This document shows, piece by piece, positions 39,538-50,075 of a DNA stretch of 64,000 nucleotides. The notes beneath the pieces were generated by a model. That model was not told where the DNA came from. It saw nothing but the letters and a program-made list of their open reading frames with translations, and did not search any database. Source of the DNA: Flavobacteriales bacterium (GTDB lineage Bacteria; Bacteroidota; Bacteroidia; Flavobacteriales; UBA7430); contig JAKMFX010000040.1 of the NCBI GenBank assembly GCA_022425195.1, positions 136,029 to 200,028 of the forward strand, in the 5' to 3' direction. Positions within the stretch are counted from its first letter, which is position 1, and every line of letters starts with the position of its first letter. The position numbers were made by a program, and so were the translations under genes.

Positions 39538-40266
39538 ATGGAAAAAACAGCATCAGAAGCAATTGCTTACAGACGATCAGTCAGAGTCTATAAAAATGAA
39601 GAAATTGACACGAATAAAGTTCAAAAATGTTTGCAAAATGCCTCTATAGCCCCTACAAGTAGCAACTTGCAATTGTGGGAATTTCATCACATAAGCTCCC
39701 CAGACAAAATGGAGGAGATGTCTGAGGCTTGCTTTAACCAAGGTGCTGCAAAATCCGCAAAACAAATGGTCGTATTCGTCTCTCGAAAAGATCTTTGGCG
39801 AAAAAGGGCGGAAGCCAATGTGTCGTTTCTAAACCAGCAATTTGACAAACCTCATTTGGACGAAAAACTGTTAAAAAGAAAAAAACAAGTCCACAGCTAC
39901 TACAAAAAAATCATCCCAAGCATATACATTGATTTCCTGGGAATATTGGGACTCATCAAATACCTTGTTTTTCAGGTGATTGGACTTTTCAGACCCATCT
40001 ACAGGCAAGCGCGATTGAGCGACATGCGCATCGTTGCTCACAAAAGTACGGCCCTAGCCGCTCAGAACTTTATGATTAGCATGGCTGCTATAGGATACGA
40101 CACGTGCCCAATGGAAGGTTTTGACTCGAAAAGAGTGAAGAAAATCTTGGGATTGCCTTCTGGGGCTGAAATAACGATGGTCGTAAGCTGTGGGGTTCGA
40201 GATGAATCCGGCGTTTATGGCGCTCAATTTAGGGTCCCTTTTGAAGAGGTCTACTTTCAGGTATAA
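39538..40266 (+). CDS. Nitroreductase family protein
   Basis: The pattern RRSVRVY...PTSSNLQLWEF...MEGFD is nitroreductase-like. Confidence 0.85.
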   Translation: MEKTASEAIAYRRSVRVYKNEEIDTNKVQKCLQNASIAPTSSNLQLWEFHHISSPDKMEEMSEACFNQGAAKSAKQMVVFVSRKDLWRKRAEANVSFLNQQFDKPHLDEKLLKRKKQVHSYYKKIIPSIYIDFLGILGLIKYLVFQVIGLFRPIYRQARLSDMRIVAHKSTALAAQNFMISMAAIGYDTCPMEGFDSKRVKKILGLPSGAEITMVVSCGVRDESGVYGAQFRVPFEEVYFQV

Positions 40267-40359
40267 GCCTTTTTTGGATCACTAATCGCAAAACCCGAAA
40301 ATGTAGGCAAAGCATCATCTTTCTTCAAAAAGATGTTTTCTAGTCACAATCAGAAGACT

Positions 40360-40367
40360 TACTTTTG
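40360..40367 (+). promoter_or_regulatory. Candidate -7 box TACTTTTG only 4 nt before the pgk ATG (possible leaderless mRNA)
   Basis: It matches TAnnTTTG. The 13-mer TACTTTTGTGGCA is identical to the one at 42166. Confidence 0.3.
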
Positions 40368-40371
40368 TGGC

Positions 40372-41562
40372 ATGAAAACAATAGACGACCTAAATTTTAA
40401 AGGCAAGAAAGCCTTAGTAAGAGTAGATTTCAATGTTCCTTTGAACGAAAATTTACAAATCACGGACGATACGCGTATCACGGCAGCCTTACCGACCATT
40501 AAGAAGATTCTTGACGACGGAGGCCGTGTCATACTGATGTCACACCTGGGGCGACCTGAACAGGGTGCGGAAGATAAATTTTCCCTAAAACACCTTACCC
40601 ATCACTTATCGGAAAAACTGGGCCTATCTGTGAAATTCGTTGCTGATTGTGTCGGAGCTCAAGTGGCTTCCGAAGTTGAGCAACTGAATGATGGAGACGT
40701 CTTATTGTTAGAAAATCTAAGGTTTTACAAAGAAGAAAAATCTGGTGATTCTTCCTTTGCTGAAGAGCTTTCCAAATGGGCTGACGTCTATGTCAATGAC
40801 GCCTTCGGAACCGCACATCGTGCACATGCTTCCACAGCTGTTATTGCAGATTTTATGGGAGAAAACAAGTGTTTCGGCTATGTGATGGCCAACGAAATTA
40901 CGAATCTCGAAAAGGTAGTTAATGAAGGTGAAAGACCCATTGCTGCCATCATGGGAGGGGCTAAGGTTTCATCCAAAATTACCATCATCAACAAGCTGAT
41001 GGATAAAGTAGATAAAATTATTATCGGTGGAGGAATGTCCTATACCTTCGCGAAAGCCATGGGAGGTCAAGTAGGCGCTTCCTTGGTTGAAGATGACAAA
41101 CTGGATTTGGCGCTTTCACTCATTGCTGAAGCGAAAGAAAAAGGAGTGGAATTACTCATCCCTGTAGACTCCCTAAATGCCGATGCTTTCTCTAATGACG
41201 CGAACACCTCTGTGAGCGATATTGACAAGGTCGAAGAAGGCTGGATGGGACTTGACATTAGCGACAAGACAAAAGCGCTTTATCGGGAAGCCATTTTGAG
41301 CTCTAAGACCATTCTTTGGAACGGGCCGATGGGTGTCTTTGAAATGGATACTTTTGCCGAGGGGACAAAATTTGTTGCTCAAGCAATTGCAGACGCCACG
41401 GCGCAAGGTAGCTTTTCTCTTGTAGGCGGGGGAGATTCGGTCGCAGCGGTTAAAAAATTCAATATGGAGACCCAGGTAAGCTATGTTTCTACCGGGGGAG
41501 GTGCCATGCTAGAATATCTGGAAGGAAAAGAACTTCCTGGCGTGAAAGCGATCAACAACTAA
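40372..41562 (+). CDS. pgk: Phosphoglycerate kinase
   Basis: The start is taken at [24 protein letters not shown], the canonical Pgk N-terminus. The ORF track starts 13 codons earlier. Confidence 0.97.
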   Translation: MKTIDDLNFKGKKALVRVDFNVPLNENLQITDDTRITAALPTIKKILDDGGRVILMSHLGRPEQGAEDKFSLKHLTHHLSEKLGLSVKFVADCVGAQVASEVEQLNDGDVLLLENLRFYKEEKSGDSSFAEELSKWADVYVNDAFGTAHRAHASTAVIADFMGENKCFGYVMANEITNLEKVVNEGERPIAAIMGGAKVSSKITIINKLMDKVDKIIIGGGMSYTFAKAMGGQVGASLVEDDKLDLALSLIAEAKEKGVELLIPVDSLNADAFSNDANTSVSDIDKVEEGWMGLDISDKTKALYREAILSSKTILWNGPMGVFEMDTFAEGTKFVAQAIADATAQGSFSLVGGGDSVAAVKKFNMETQVSYVSTGGGAMLEYLEGKELPGVKAINN

Positions 41563-41592
41563 AAAAAGCGACTCTAAGGAGTCGCTTTTTTG
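41561..41592. terminator. Bidirectional terminator between pgk and cvpA
   Basis: The sequence is aaaaaaagcgactc-taag-gagtcgctttttt. Confidence 0.8.
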
Positions 41593-41594
41593 CT

Positions 41595-42122
41595 TTACAA
41601 GGATTCTTGTATCGCATCCACATCTTCCTTTTTCTTTTCAAACTCCTCCATGACACTCGGGTATATGGCCTCCGCATTCGACTGAATCGGATGATAGAGT
41701 AACGATTGATCAAGAACCTCCTCTTTAACCATTCCAAATTGTTGATTCATCCGGTCAAAAAACAAAAGTAAAACGGCCAGTATCAATAGTGCTTTCAAGC
41801 CTCCAAATATGGCCCCCATCATTCGATTAATGAAGCCCAAAGCCACCATTTTAATGAGCAGCGTAAGGATCTTAGCCACTATGGTGATGGCAATAACGAT
41901 AAGCAAAAAGGTCAATCCATAAGAAGCCAACTGCAAATAACTGGCTTCTAACTCCACAACTTCACTCAAATGCAAATAGGTGAATGAGGAATAGTGTTTG
42001 GCACCATATACACCCAATACCAAGGCCAATAAAGAGGCCAGCTCCAATACCAGGCCTTTACTAAAACCTCGATACAAACCGTAAACGATTGGAAGCAACA
42101 AAACGTAATCGAAATAATTCAT
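41595..42122 (-). CDS. cvpA: CvpA-family membrane protein
   Basis: The N-terminus MNYFDYVLLLPIVYGLYRGFSKGLV and four TM helices fit the family. Confidence 0.85.
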   Translation of the reverse strand: MNYFDYVLLLPIVYGLYRGFSKGLVLELASLLALVLGVYGAKHYSSFTYLHLSEVVELEASYLQLASYGLTFLLIVIAITIVAKILTLLIKMVALGFINRMMGAIFGGLKALLILAVLLLFFDRMNQQFGMVKEEVLDQSLLYHPIQSNAEAIYPSVMEEFEKKKEDVDAIQESL

Positions 42123-42165
42123 GGGATAAATTTACACGGAGAAAAGAAGATTCCAAAGAACATTG

Positions 42166-42173
42166 TACTTTTG
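42166..42173 (+). promoter_or_regulatory. Candidate -7 box TACTTTTG for the 42190 gene
   Basis: It matches TAnnTTTG 16 nt upstream of the ATG at 42190. It lies inside the longer ORF-track start, which favours the shorter start. Confidence 0.4.
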
Positions 42174-42189
42174 TGGCAAAATATTTCAG

Positions 42190-42543
42190 ATGAGAAATCC
42201 AGAATCAAAAATAAAGTGGGAAAAATTGGTTGAATATGTATCCAAAGAATTTGGGGAAGGCGATACGCTAGATCTTCAGGCCATCCTTTTTCTCATCGGC
42301 ATTCAAGAATTGGGAAAGGGATATCGAGAATTCAGCAAAGAAGAGAAAATGGATTTGTTGCACATCGCTATTTGCCGACTGTTGAGTAACTATGGGTTTT
42401 ATGAATTCGAGGGGCGAGATAAAGACGGATGGCCTCACTACCAAACGAATGAAAAACTACCGCCATTAAAACCCGGTGAGCAAAGCATCCTCATGAAGGA
42501 GGCTGCCATTCTGTACTTTGAAGAAAGCGGCGTTCGCTTTTAA
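42190..42543 (+). CDS. Hypothetical cytoplasmic protein (117 aa)
   Basis: The ORF is clean with protein-like composition. I recognise no motif. Confidence 0.6.
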   Translation: MRNPESKIKWEKLVEYVSKEFGEGDTLDLQAILFLIGIQELGKGYREFSKEEKMDLLHIAICRLLSNYGFYEFEGRDKDGWPHYQTNEKLPPLKPGEQSILMKEAAILYFEESGVRF

Positions 42544-42893
42544 TCTCTATCGCGAACAAATAAGGTTAGAGATTGTGTCTTGTCCTCTACGATGGTAAGC
42601 ATACTCTCTGCCGTTGCATCTCCTTTTTGAGCAGTGACCTTCACAATCGCTACATTATCGAAAGAAAAATAAACCTTACCCTCAGCATTTGTAGTTTGGG
42701 CATCAGGTAATGTATCATCAGCATTCACATCTACAGTTAGTGTCACCGTCGCACCTTCAACCACCTCTCCTTGAGTATCTTGAACGGTGATTTCAGCTTT
42801 ATAAAAATGATCTACGCCGCATGAACTTAGCGAAGTCATCACCATGAATAAACAGAGAAATAAACTTGTGATGCCTGATAATGTACGTTTCAT
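42540..42893 (-). CDS. Hypothetical lipoprotein (beta-sandwich-like, 117 aa)
   Basis: A lipoprotein signal (SLSSCG) is followed by an alternating beta pattern (ITVQDTQGEVVEGATVTLTV). Confidence 0.6.
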   Translation of the reverse strand: MKRTLSGITSLFLCLFMVMTSLSSCGVDHFYKAEITVQDTQGEVVEGATVTLTVDVNADDTLPDAQTTNAEGKVYFSFDNVAIVKVTAQKGDATAESMLTIVEDKTQSLTLFVRDRD

Positions 42894-42988
42894 ATGTCCT
42901 TAATATTTAGTAATATTGCCCTTTGTTTGAAGCCAAATATACAAATTTTCACGTATGGAATTGAATACGATGAAATAATGCAAAAACC

Positions 42989-44008
42989 ATGCTAAATCAA
43001 ATTAAGGAGCACATTTCAGAAGTTGAAAAATTCCAAGCCAACACTGCCGAAGCTGTCGAAGCATTTCGAATTCAGTATCTGGGTAAAAAGGGTGTGCTTA
43101 ATGGCTTGTTTTCAGCTTTTAAAGACGTTCCTAATGATGAGAAAAAAGCATTTGGTCAAACCTTAAATGAATTAAAAACCAAGGCGCTAGAAAAGGTAGA
43201 AACTTTGAAAGCGACCCTTGAAGAAAAGGAAGACGCATCGGGAAGTGGCCTGGACTTGACCATGAGTGCTGAACCTATGCGTATGGGGTCAAGGCATCCC
43301 TTGTCTATCGTTAAAAATGAGATCGTTGAGATCTTTGCCCGTCTTGGGTTTACCATTTCTGAAGGCCCAGAAATTGAAGATGACTGGCATAATTTTAGCG
43401 CATTGAATCTCCCCGAAGAACACCCTGCAAGAGACATGCAGGACACCTTTTTCATTCAAAGAGATCCGGACTACTTGTTGCGTACACACACCTCATCGGT
43501 TCAGGTGCGTTTCATGGAAAAAAATCAAGCCCCAATCAGAACGCTTTCCCCTGGGAGGGTCTTTAGAAATGAGGCCATTTCAGCAAGAGCTCACTGTATA
43601 TTCCACCAGATTGAAGGCTTATACGTCGATGAAAACGTTTCTTTTGCCGACCTAAAACAAACCCTTCTTCATTTTGCCCAAGAGTTTTTCGGTAAGGAAA
43701 CTCAAATCCGCCTTCGACCCTCATACTTTCCCTTCACCGAACCCAGTGCAGAAGTAGATATTTCTTGTAATATCTGTAAAGGGAAAGGCTGTAACATTTG
43801 TAAGTACACCGGTTGGGTTGAAATTTTAGGCTGTGGTATGGTAGATCCGAACGTGTTGAAAAACTGTGGTATAGATCCAGAAAAATACACCGGATTTGCT
43901 TTTGGAATGGGAATAGAGCGAATTACCATGCTCAAATATCAAATCAAGGATCTAAGGCTTTTCTTTGAAAATGACCTGCGCTTTCTGGATCAGTTTACTT
44001 CGGCTTAA
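42989..44008 (+). CDS. pheS: Phenylalanine--tRNA ligase alpha subunit
   Basis: The class II motifs (HPARDMQDTFF, FRNE, GFAFGMGIERI) are present. Confidence 0.97.
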   Translation: MLNQIKEHISEVEKFQANTAEAVEAFRIQYLGKKGVLNGLFSAFKDVPNDEKKAFGQTLNELKTKALEKVETLKATLEEKEDASGSGLDLTMSAEPMRMGSRHPLSIVKNEIVEIFARLGFTISEGPEIEDDWHNFSALNLPEEHPARDMQDTFFIQRDPDYLLRTHTSSVQVRFMEKNQAPIRTLSPGRVFRNEAISARAHCIFHQIEGLYVDENVSFADLKQTLLHFAQEFFGKETQIRLRPSYFPFTEPSAEVDISCNICKGKGCNICKYTGWVEILGCGMVDPNVLKNCGIDPEKYTGFAFGMGIERITMLKYQIKDLRLFFENDLRFLDQFTSA

Positions 44009-44026
44009 CCTCAGTTGGGCAAACCC

Positions 44027-46162
44027 TTACACCAAATCAAAATCCAGTTTCTTTTTCACCAAGTCAACGTGTCGAACACGAATGCGGACTGAATCCCCTA
44101 TTTGGTATTTCTTTCCGGTTTTTCTTCCCACCAAGCTAAAGGTTTCTCGGCTTAAGTCGTAGTGGTCGTCTTTCATATCTCTGATGGCCACAAGACCTTC
44201 ACAAAGACTTTCCTCCAATTCAACAAACAATCCAAATTCGGTGACACCCGAGACAATTCCATTAAATTCCTGCCCCTCTTTACCCGTTAGGTATTTGACC
44301 TGCATGTATTTTATAGAAGCTCTTTCAGCATCGGTAGACAACTTTTCCATTGCCGAAGAATGCTTACACTGCGACTCTACCTCCTCTTTATTAAGTATGG
44401 TTTCTCCGTCTAAATACTTTTGTAACAGTCGGTGCACCATGACGTCCGGCCAACGTCTGATCGGAGAGGTGAAATGGGTGTAATCTTCAAAGCCCAATCC
44501 GTAGTGTCCTATATTTTCTGTGGTGTACTTTGCCTTACTCATGGTTCGGATGGCCAATAGCTCCACCATATTTTCTTCTGATTTCCCCGCCACATCCGAC
44601 AAAACGCGATTCATAGAATTGGCAATTTCCTTGGGTGAATTTAAATTCATCTGATGACCAAACTGTTTTACAAAGGTCGAAAAGGTCGCTATTTTCTCAG
44701 GATCAGGCACATCGTGAATTCGGTACACAAAAGGTTTTTTTGTTGGCGTCCCATCCTTGGCTCTACCAATAAAACTTGCCACGCGTCGATTGGCCAAAAG
44801 CATATACTCCTCGATGAGTTTATTGGCATCCTTGGCCTGTTTGAAGTAAACTCCGGTCGGGTGATTTGAATCGTTCAATCTGAACTTCACCTCAACGCGA
44901 TCAAAAGTGATTGCACCTTCATCCACACGTTTGGCCCGCATAATTTTGGCCAGCTTATCCATTAAGAGTAGTTCTTCCGAAAACTTACCCTTCTTATCCT
45001 GAATAACCTCTTGAGCCCCTTCGTAGGTGAAGCGATGATCCGAATAGATGACCGTCCTTCCGAACCACTCATTCATCAGCTCGGCTTTATCATTTAAAGT
45101 GAATACGGCCGAGAAACACAACTTTTCTTCATGAGGCCTCAAAGAACACACCTTGTTGGAGAGCTTTTCAGGAAGCATTGGAACGACACGATCTACCAGA
45201 TATACAGATGTAGCTCTTTCGAAGGCTTCATCATTCAAAAGAGATCCTTCTTCTACATAATGTGATACATCGGCTATGTGGATTCCGATTTCCCACAGAC
45301 CGTCTTTTCCCTTCTGTATGGACAAAGCATCATCAAAATCTTTAGCATCATGAGGATCTATGGTAAATGTGCGTACCTGACGCATGTCCCTACGCTTGGC
45401 AATCTCTTCTTTTGAGATTTCTTCGGGGATGGCGGCGACAAAATCTTCCACGGCTTTAGGAAACTCATAAGGCAATCCGTATTCTGCAAGAATGGCGTGG
45501 ATCTCAGCATGATGTTCTCCAGATTTTCCAATCACCTTGATGACCTCTGCAAAAGGACTTTTGGCGCGGTCTGGCCAATCTAAGATCTTGACCAGAACTT
45601 TATCTCCATTTTTGGCTCCGTTTAATTTCTCCTTAGCAATGTAAAAATCGGTTCCGACCCTGGAATTATCGGGAGTCATGAAGCAGGTGCGAGCATCGAG
45701 CCTTAAATTTCCTACAAATTCTGTTCTGCCTCGCTCAACAACTTTTACTACCTGGCCCTCCGGATTTTTCCCCGTATGCTTTCCGGTAAGAACTACTCTT
45801 ACCTTGTCGCCCCCAAGGGTTTGTCCTGAGTTTCTGGGAGGAACATAGACGTCCGTTTCTAAATCGTCACAAATCACATAGCCTGCACCTGAGGCCGTCT
45901 TCTCAATTTTACCCTCATAGAAGGGCCGGCTTTCATTGGTAACGAACTTACCATGGCCTAATTCTTTTAGGGTACCATCCGTGAGCAAGTTTTTCAGAAT
46001 AAATAGAATTTGGTGTTTTAGGATCTTGTCTTTCACCTTTAAAAGGCGGTAAATCTCCTTGTGGGTCAGCGGCGCATCATTCCCCTGGAATAGTTCAATA
46101 ATACTTCTTTTCAGTGCTTTTAAATTCGGGGATTTTTTTCCTCCATTGCGTCTCTTCTTCAT
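44027..46162 (-). CDS. rnr: Ribonuclease R
   Basis: It has an RNB catalytic domain (DPHDAKDFDDALS), cold-shock-like N-terminal domains and a C-terminal S1 domain. The start is taken at MKKRRNGGKK, and the ORF maximum extends to 46189. Confidence 0.95.
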   Translation of the reverse strand: MKKRRNGGKKSPNLKALKRSIIELFQGNDAPLTHKEIYRLLKVKDKILKHQILFILKNLLTDGTLKELGHGKFVTNESRPFYEGKIEKTASGAGYVICDDLETDVYVPPRNSGQTLGGDKVRVVLTGKHTGKNPEGQVVKVVERGRTEFVGNLRLDARTCFMTPDNSRVGTDFYIAKEKLNGAKNGDKVLVKILDWPDRAKSPFAEVIKVIGKSGEHHAEIHAILAEYGLPYEFPKAVEDFVAAIPEEISKEEIAKRRDMRQVRTFTIDPHDAKDFDDALSIQKGKDGLWEIGIHIADVSHYVEEGSLLNDEAFERATSVYLVDRVVPMLPEKLSNKVCSLRPHEEKLCFSAVFTLNDKAELMNEWFGRTVIYSDHRFTYEGAQEVIQDKKGKFSEELLLMDKLAKIMRAKRVDEGAITFDRVEVKFRLNDSNHPTGVYFKQAKDANKLIEEYMLLANRRVASFIGRAKDGTPTKKPFVYRIHDVPDPEKIATFSTFVKQFGHQMNLNSPKEIANSMNRVLSDVAGKSEENMVELLAIRTMSKAKYTTENIGHYGLGFEDYTHFTSPIRRWPDVMVHRLLQKYLDGETILNKEEVESQCKHSSAMEKLSTDAERASIKYMQVKYLTGKEGQEFNGIVSGVTEFGLFVELEESLCEGLVAIRDMKDDHYDLSRETFSLVGRKTGKKYQIGDSVRIRVRHVDLVKKKLDFDLV

Positions 46163-46356
46163 CGCTAGTAAATCTAACAAAAAAACCATTTGGTAGGCTT
46201 TATTATAGAGAAAGCTTTTTGTTAAATCATTGCGAAGTATTTGAAATCATGTACTTGTGTGTGCAGCATGCGCAGAATGAGGCGCCAAGAGGTTTATAGC
46301 GTTCATCTCGGACATTTGAATTGAGGCATAGTATTTGGTAACTTAAAGGATATGCT

Positions 46357-46364
46357 TAGATTTG
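46357..46364 (+). promoter_or_regulatory. Candidate -7 box TAGATTTG upstream of the M43 protease gene
   Basis: It matches TAnnTTTG about 73 nt upstream of the ATG at 46437. Confidence 0.3.
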
Positions 46365-46436
46365 TTAACACAACTCACAACAACAAATCCCTTGCCCAAT
46401 GAAAATATGATTTAATGTGCGCCTAATTTTCGATAC

Positions 46437-48560
46437 ATGAAAAAACAAATTCTCTTTACTTTCGCATTGGTGTTGTTCTCCCACCTTCAAGCACAACATT
46501 GGTGTGGGACGGTTGAAAATCAAAAAAAGATTTTTGAGGACAATCCCGAGCTCAAAAAAGAAATCAAAAAAAAGGAGCATTTTTTCAATGAACTGCAAAA
46601 AAATCATGGTGAGAAGCGGCTGGAGAATGAGGATCCCTATATTATTCCCGTTGTTTTTCACGTCATCTATGAAAACGAGATTGACAACATCTCTATAGAC
46701 CAAATAGAAGATCAAATGCGAATCATCAATGATGATTTTGCTCGATTGAATGCAGATACCATCAACACGCCTTCGGTATTTGCAGAAGTTGCCGGGGACA
46801 CCAAGATTCAATTTCGCCTCGCAAAACTGGATCCCGATGGGCATTGCACTCAGGGAGTCACCAGAACCTACTCACACGAAACCTATAAGGCAGCTGAACA
46901 AATCAAGGAGCTGATTCAATGGCCGGCTAAAAATTACCTCAACATATGGGTGGTAAACAATATCACTTTTGAGATTCTTGGAATGGAGGACGCTGTCGTT
47001 CTCGGTTACGCTCAGTTTCCATCACGACTGAGTTCATCACCAGAAACAGATGGTGTGGTTTTGCGTGCTGATCGGTGTGGTTCCTCCGGAACTGCCGATG
47101 GTCGAAAAGGAAGAACCCTGACGCATGAAATAGGTCACTGGCTCAACTTAATTCATATATGGGGCGATGAAGAATGTGGAGATGACAACGTAAATGATAC
47201 ACCCACAGCTAGAGACAAAAATGGCGGCTGCCCTCAATTCCCATGGGCCGTCGGAAATTGCGAAAAAAGTAATGGCCAAACCATCCCACAAGAATCTGGG
47301 GAAATGTTTATGAATTACATGGATTATACGTATGGAAGCTGTCAAAACATGTTCTCTTTGGGTCAAGGAGCAAGGATGCGCAGTACAATTCGGGTCTATC
47401 GTCCTGAGATGGTCTCAGAAGATAATCTTGTGAAAACAGGTGTTAACGATGGTTTTGCAGTGGAAGTTTGTCGACCAATTGCCGACTTTCGGGCAGATAA
47501 GCGTTTCATCTGCTCCGGTGATGAGGTGCAGTATACCCAAACATCCTACAACGCTAAAAAAGAAAACCTAAGCTCGTTTGAGTGGACTTTTGAGGGCGGC
47601 ACACCTTCCAATTCTACGGAAGAAAACCCAGCTGTTGTTTACAGCGAACAGGGCGTTTATAAAACCACATTAAAAGTCAGCAATCAAGCCGGACAAGACC
47701 GGCTTGTCAAAGAGTCCTTCCTCTACGTTTCTGATGTAACAAAGGGAATTCCTGCGCCTTACATCCAAAATTTTGGAGCTGAGGTGTTTGCTGAAAATAC
47801 CGGTTTTGATCAATGGAGTCGGTCCTATTCTGAAGACTCCTCATGGACTTGGGATACATCTCTTTCAAACAATGCCTTAAAAATAAGAAGTGGACTGTTC
47901 AGCAAGCCCGGAGAAAAGCATGCCCTCGTAAGCCCTAGTTTTGACTTGACAAATACAAACGAAACGGTGACCGCCTATTTTGACATTGCCTACGCCAAAA
48001 GGAACGGCAACTCTAAAGATCAACTTGAAGTCTATATCAGTAAAGACTGTGGAGAGACCTGGCAAAAAAAATGGGCCAAAGACACTGAGGAACTGAGTAC
48101 CTTTGGTCAAGGTAATGTTTATGTAAACTTCATCCCAAAAGCTGAACATTGGGACCCGTTTAGCATCAACCTAAGTAGTTTTAGGGGAGAGGAAAATGTG
48201 AAGTTTAAATTTGAATTTTCGGGAAAAGAAGGAAACTGGTTGTACTTGGATGATTTCATCATCACGGACAGTAGCAGCTTAGAACTTCATTCCAACTCCA
48301 TTTCTGAACTGAAGTTGTTTCCAAACCCATCAAAAGGAGATGCGACGCTTGAATTTGAACTGTACGAAAATGCAGAGGTAGACATACGACTTACCAATGT
48401 TTACGGTGCTGTTATTGCGCGAGAAATGCGAAACCTAAAAGCTTCACTAAATCGCATTTCATTACAAGAACTGAATGGCTATTTACCTGCAGGTGTCTAT
48501 TTCATTCAGCTTCAACACAAAAACTACAAACGCATCGAAAAATTGATTGTTACCCATTAA
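46437..48560 (+). CDS. M43 (pappalysin-like) zinc metalloprotease with PKD-like domain and T9SS type-A C-terminal domain
   Basis: It has a signal peptide, the zinc site HEIGHWLNLIHIWGD and a PKD-like segment (FEWTFEGGTP...YKTTLKVSN). The C-terminus (LFPNPSKGDATLEF...LPAGVYFIQL...KLIV) is a type-A CTD. Confidence 0.85.
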   Translation: MKKQILFTFALVLFSHLQAQHWCGTVENQKKIFEDNPELKKEIKKKEHFFNELQKNHGEKRLENEDPYIIPVVFHVIYENEIDNISIDQIEDQMRIINDDFARLNADTINTPSVFAEVAGDTKIQFRLAKLDPDGHCTQGVTRTYSHETYKAAEQIKELIQWPAKNYLNIWVVNNITFEILGMEDAVVLGYAQFPSRLSSSPETDGVVLRADRCGSSGTADGRKGRTLTHEIGHWLNLIHIWGDEECGDDNVNDTPTARDKNGGCPQFPWAVGNCEKSNGQTIPQESGEMFMNYMDYTYGSCQNMFSLGQGARMRSTIRVYRPEMVSEDNLVKTGVNDGFAVEVCRPIADFRADKRFICSGDEVQYTQTSYNAKKENLSSFEWTFEGGTPSNSTEENPAVVYSEQGVYKTTLKVSNQAGQDRLVKESFLYVSDVTKGIPAPYIQNFGAEVFAENTGFDQWSRSYSEDSSWTWDTSLSNNALKIRSGLFSKPGEKHALVSPSFDLTNTNETVTAYFDIAYAKRNGNSKDQLEVYISKDCGETWQKKWAKDTEELSTFGQGNVYVNFIPKAEHWDPFSINLSSFRGEENVKFKFEFSGKEGNWLYLDDFIITDSSSLELHSNSISELKLFPNPSKGDATLEFELYENAEVDIRLTNVYGAVIAREMRNLKASLNRISLQELNGYLPAGVYFIQLQHKNYKRIEKLIVTH

Positions 48561-48618
48561 TGTATCGCTCGATAACTAAAAACATGCTCGAATGAGGGGC
48601 TTCTTATAGAGGGTAAGG

Positions 48619-50043
48619 TTAATCTGTATGGGTCAACTTGTGAATCATTCCTTTGAAGATAAAGGAGTGGAAAGGCAAAACGGAAAACCAATACATCCTT
48701 CCTAGGAGACCTTTGGGCCTGAAGGTGGCCGTTTGAACAAGGGTATCCCCTTGCATCTTAAATTCAAGCCAGGCTTCTCCTGGGAGTTTCATCTCGGCAA
48801 AAAGTAAGAGTTTGCCTTCTTTTCTGTTCGCATATAAAACCCGCCAAAAGTCGACCACATCTCCGGCGGCAAGCTTATTTTGATTGGTTCGCCCCCTTCG
48901 CAGACCTACACCGCCAAATACCTTGTCGATAAAACCCCTAAGCCTCCATAGGAAATCCGCATAATACCAACCCGTTTCTCCTCCAATTTGCCAGATACGA
49001 TCCAAACAATCTGTACGAGAGGCATAAGTCTCACGCTGAACATCTTTATAACAACCGTATTTGGGAACGCGAATAAAGTCAGAGAGGTTTAGATTAGATT
49101 GACCCGTAAGTACCAAAGAGTCTTTCCAGCTGGATACTATTTGGTTGCTACGAATCTTACTAAATGCTTTTCGGAGCGACTCTTCGTATTTCTCGGGCCG
49201 AATGTCCAAGATGTCTTCCAATCGTTTGTCTTTACAAACCACCTCAACCTTCATGCTATCTACCAAGGCAACGGCCAATTCATATGCAGTAGAGGTGACA
49301 AAGTACAACCAATAAGAAGACAGTCGAGGCGTCATGACTGGAACGATGATAAAGCTCCGTTCCAAGCCTCTCACCTTTCCATAAATCTCAAGGATCTCTT
49401 TGTATGAAAAGATCTCAGGGCCTCCCACATCAAATTCCTGATCGTATGTTTTGTCGTTGAACAAAGATTGGTTGAGAAAGCGAATGATGTCACTAATCCC
49501 AATGGGCTGAGATTTGGTTTCCAACCATTTTGGCGCAATCATGATCGGTAATTTTTCTACCAAGTCTCTGATGATCTCAAAAGAGGCACTCCCCGTCCCA
49601 ATGATGATTCCTGATCGCAGTGTGGTGAAATGGTAGTCACCCTTTTTCAACTCATTTTCGACATTTTTTCGTGATTTGAGATGTTTCGATAAGGACTTTT
49701 CATTGATGATTCCACTCAAATAAACCATGTGCTTGACCTGGGTTTTGTTGAGGGCCTCACGGAAATTAATGGCGCAGGTTTTTTCTAAGGAAGTATAGTC
49801 CCCTGAGTTGGACATGGAATGCACCAGGTAATAAGCCCCATCAATATCTTTAGGGATTTTTTCTAAACTTTCTGCATCCAGAAGATCCACTTCAATAATT
49901 TGAATTTTTGCCCGTACCGAATCGGAAGGGTTGAAACGGTCTTTATCCCTTACGCAGCAAACCACATCGTAGCCCCTGTCCACAAGGACAGGCAGCAATC
50001 TTTTTCCGATGTAACCGGTTGCACCGGTAAGTAGGACTTTCAC
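48619..50043 (-). CDS. NAD(P)-binding SDR-like protein with DUF2867-like C-terminal domain
   Basis: A Rossmann N-terminus (MKVLLTGATGYIGKRL) is followed by a long C-terminal extension. Confidence 0.78.
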   Translation of the reverse strand: MKVLLTGATGYIGKRLLPVLVDRGYDVVCCVRDKDRFNPSDSVRAKIQIIEVDLLDAESLEKIPKDIDGAYYLVHSMSNSGDYTSLEKTCAINFREALNKTQVKHMVYLSGIINEKSLSKHLKSRKNVENELKKGDYHFTTLRSGIIIGTGSASFEIIRDLVEKLPIMIAPKWLETKSQPIGISDIIRFLNQSLFNDKTYDQEFDVGGPEIFSYKEILEIYGKVRGLERSFIIVPVMTPRLSSYWLYFVTSTAYELAVALVDSMKVEVVCKDKRLEDILDIRPEKYEESLRKAFSKIRSNQIVSSWKDSLVLTGQSNLNLSDFIRVPKYGCYKDVQRETYASRTDCLDRIWQIGGETGWYYADFLWRLRGFIDKVFGGVGLRRGRTNQNKLAAGDVVDFWRVLYANRKEGKLLLFAEMKLPGEAWLEFKMQGDTLVQTATFRPKGLLGRMYWFSVLPFHSFIFKGMIHKLTHTD

Positions 50044-50075
50044 AATTTAGACGTTTGGTGAATGGCTTAAAGAGA

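Noticed and set aside
46365-46844. A 159-aa minus-strand ORF overlapping the 5' end of the M43 protease gene.
   Set aside because: It is antisense to a confidently assigned gene that has a signal peptide and a zinc motif. Its translation is low-complexity (FFFDFFFELG, CCCELC) with no recognisable motif. It is most likely a chance ORF.
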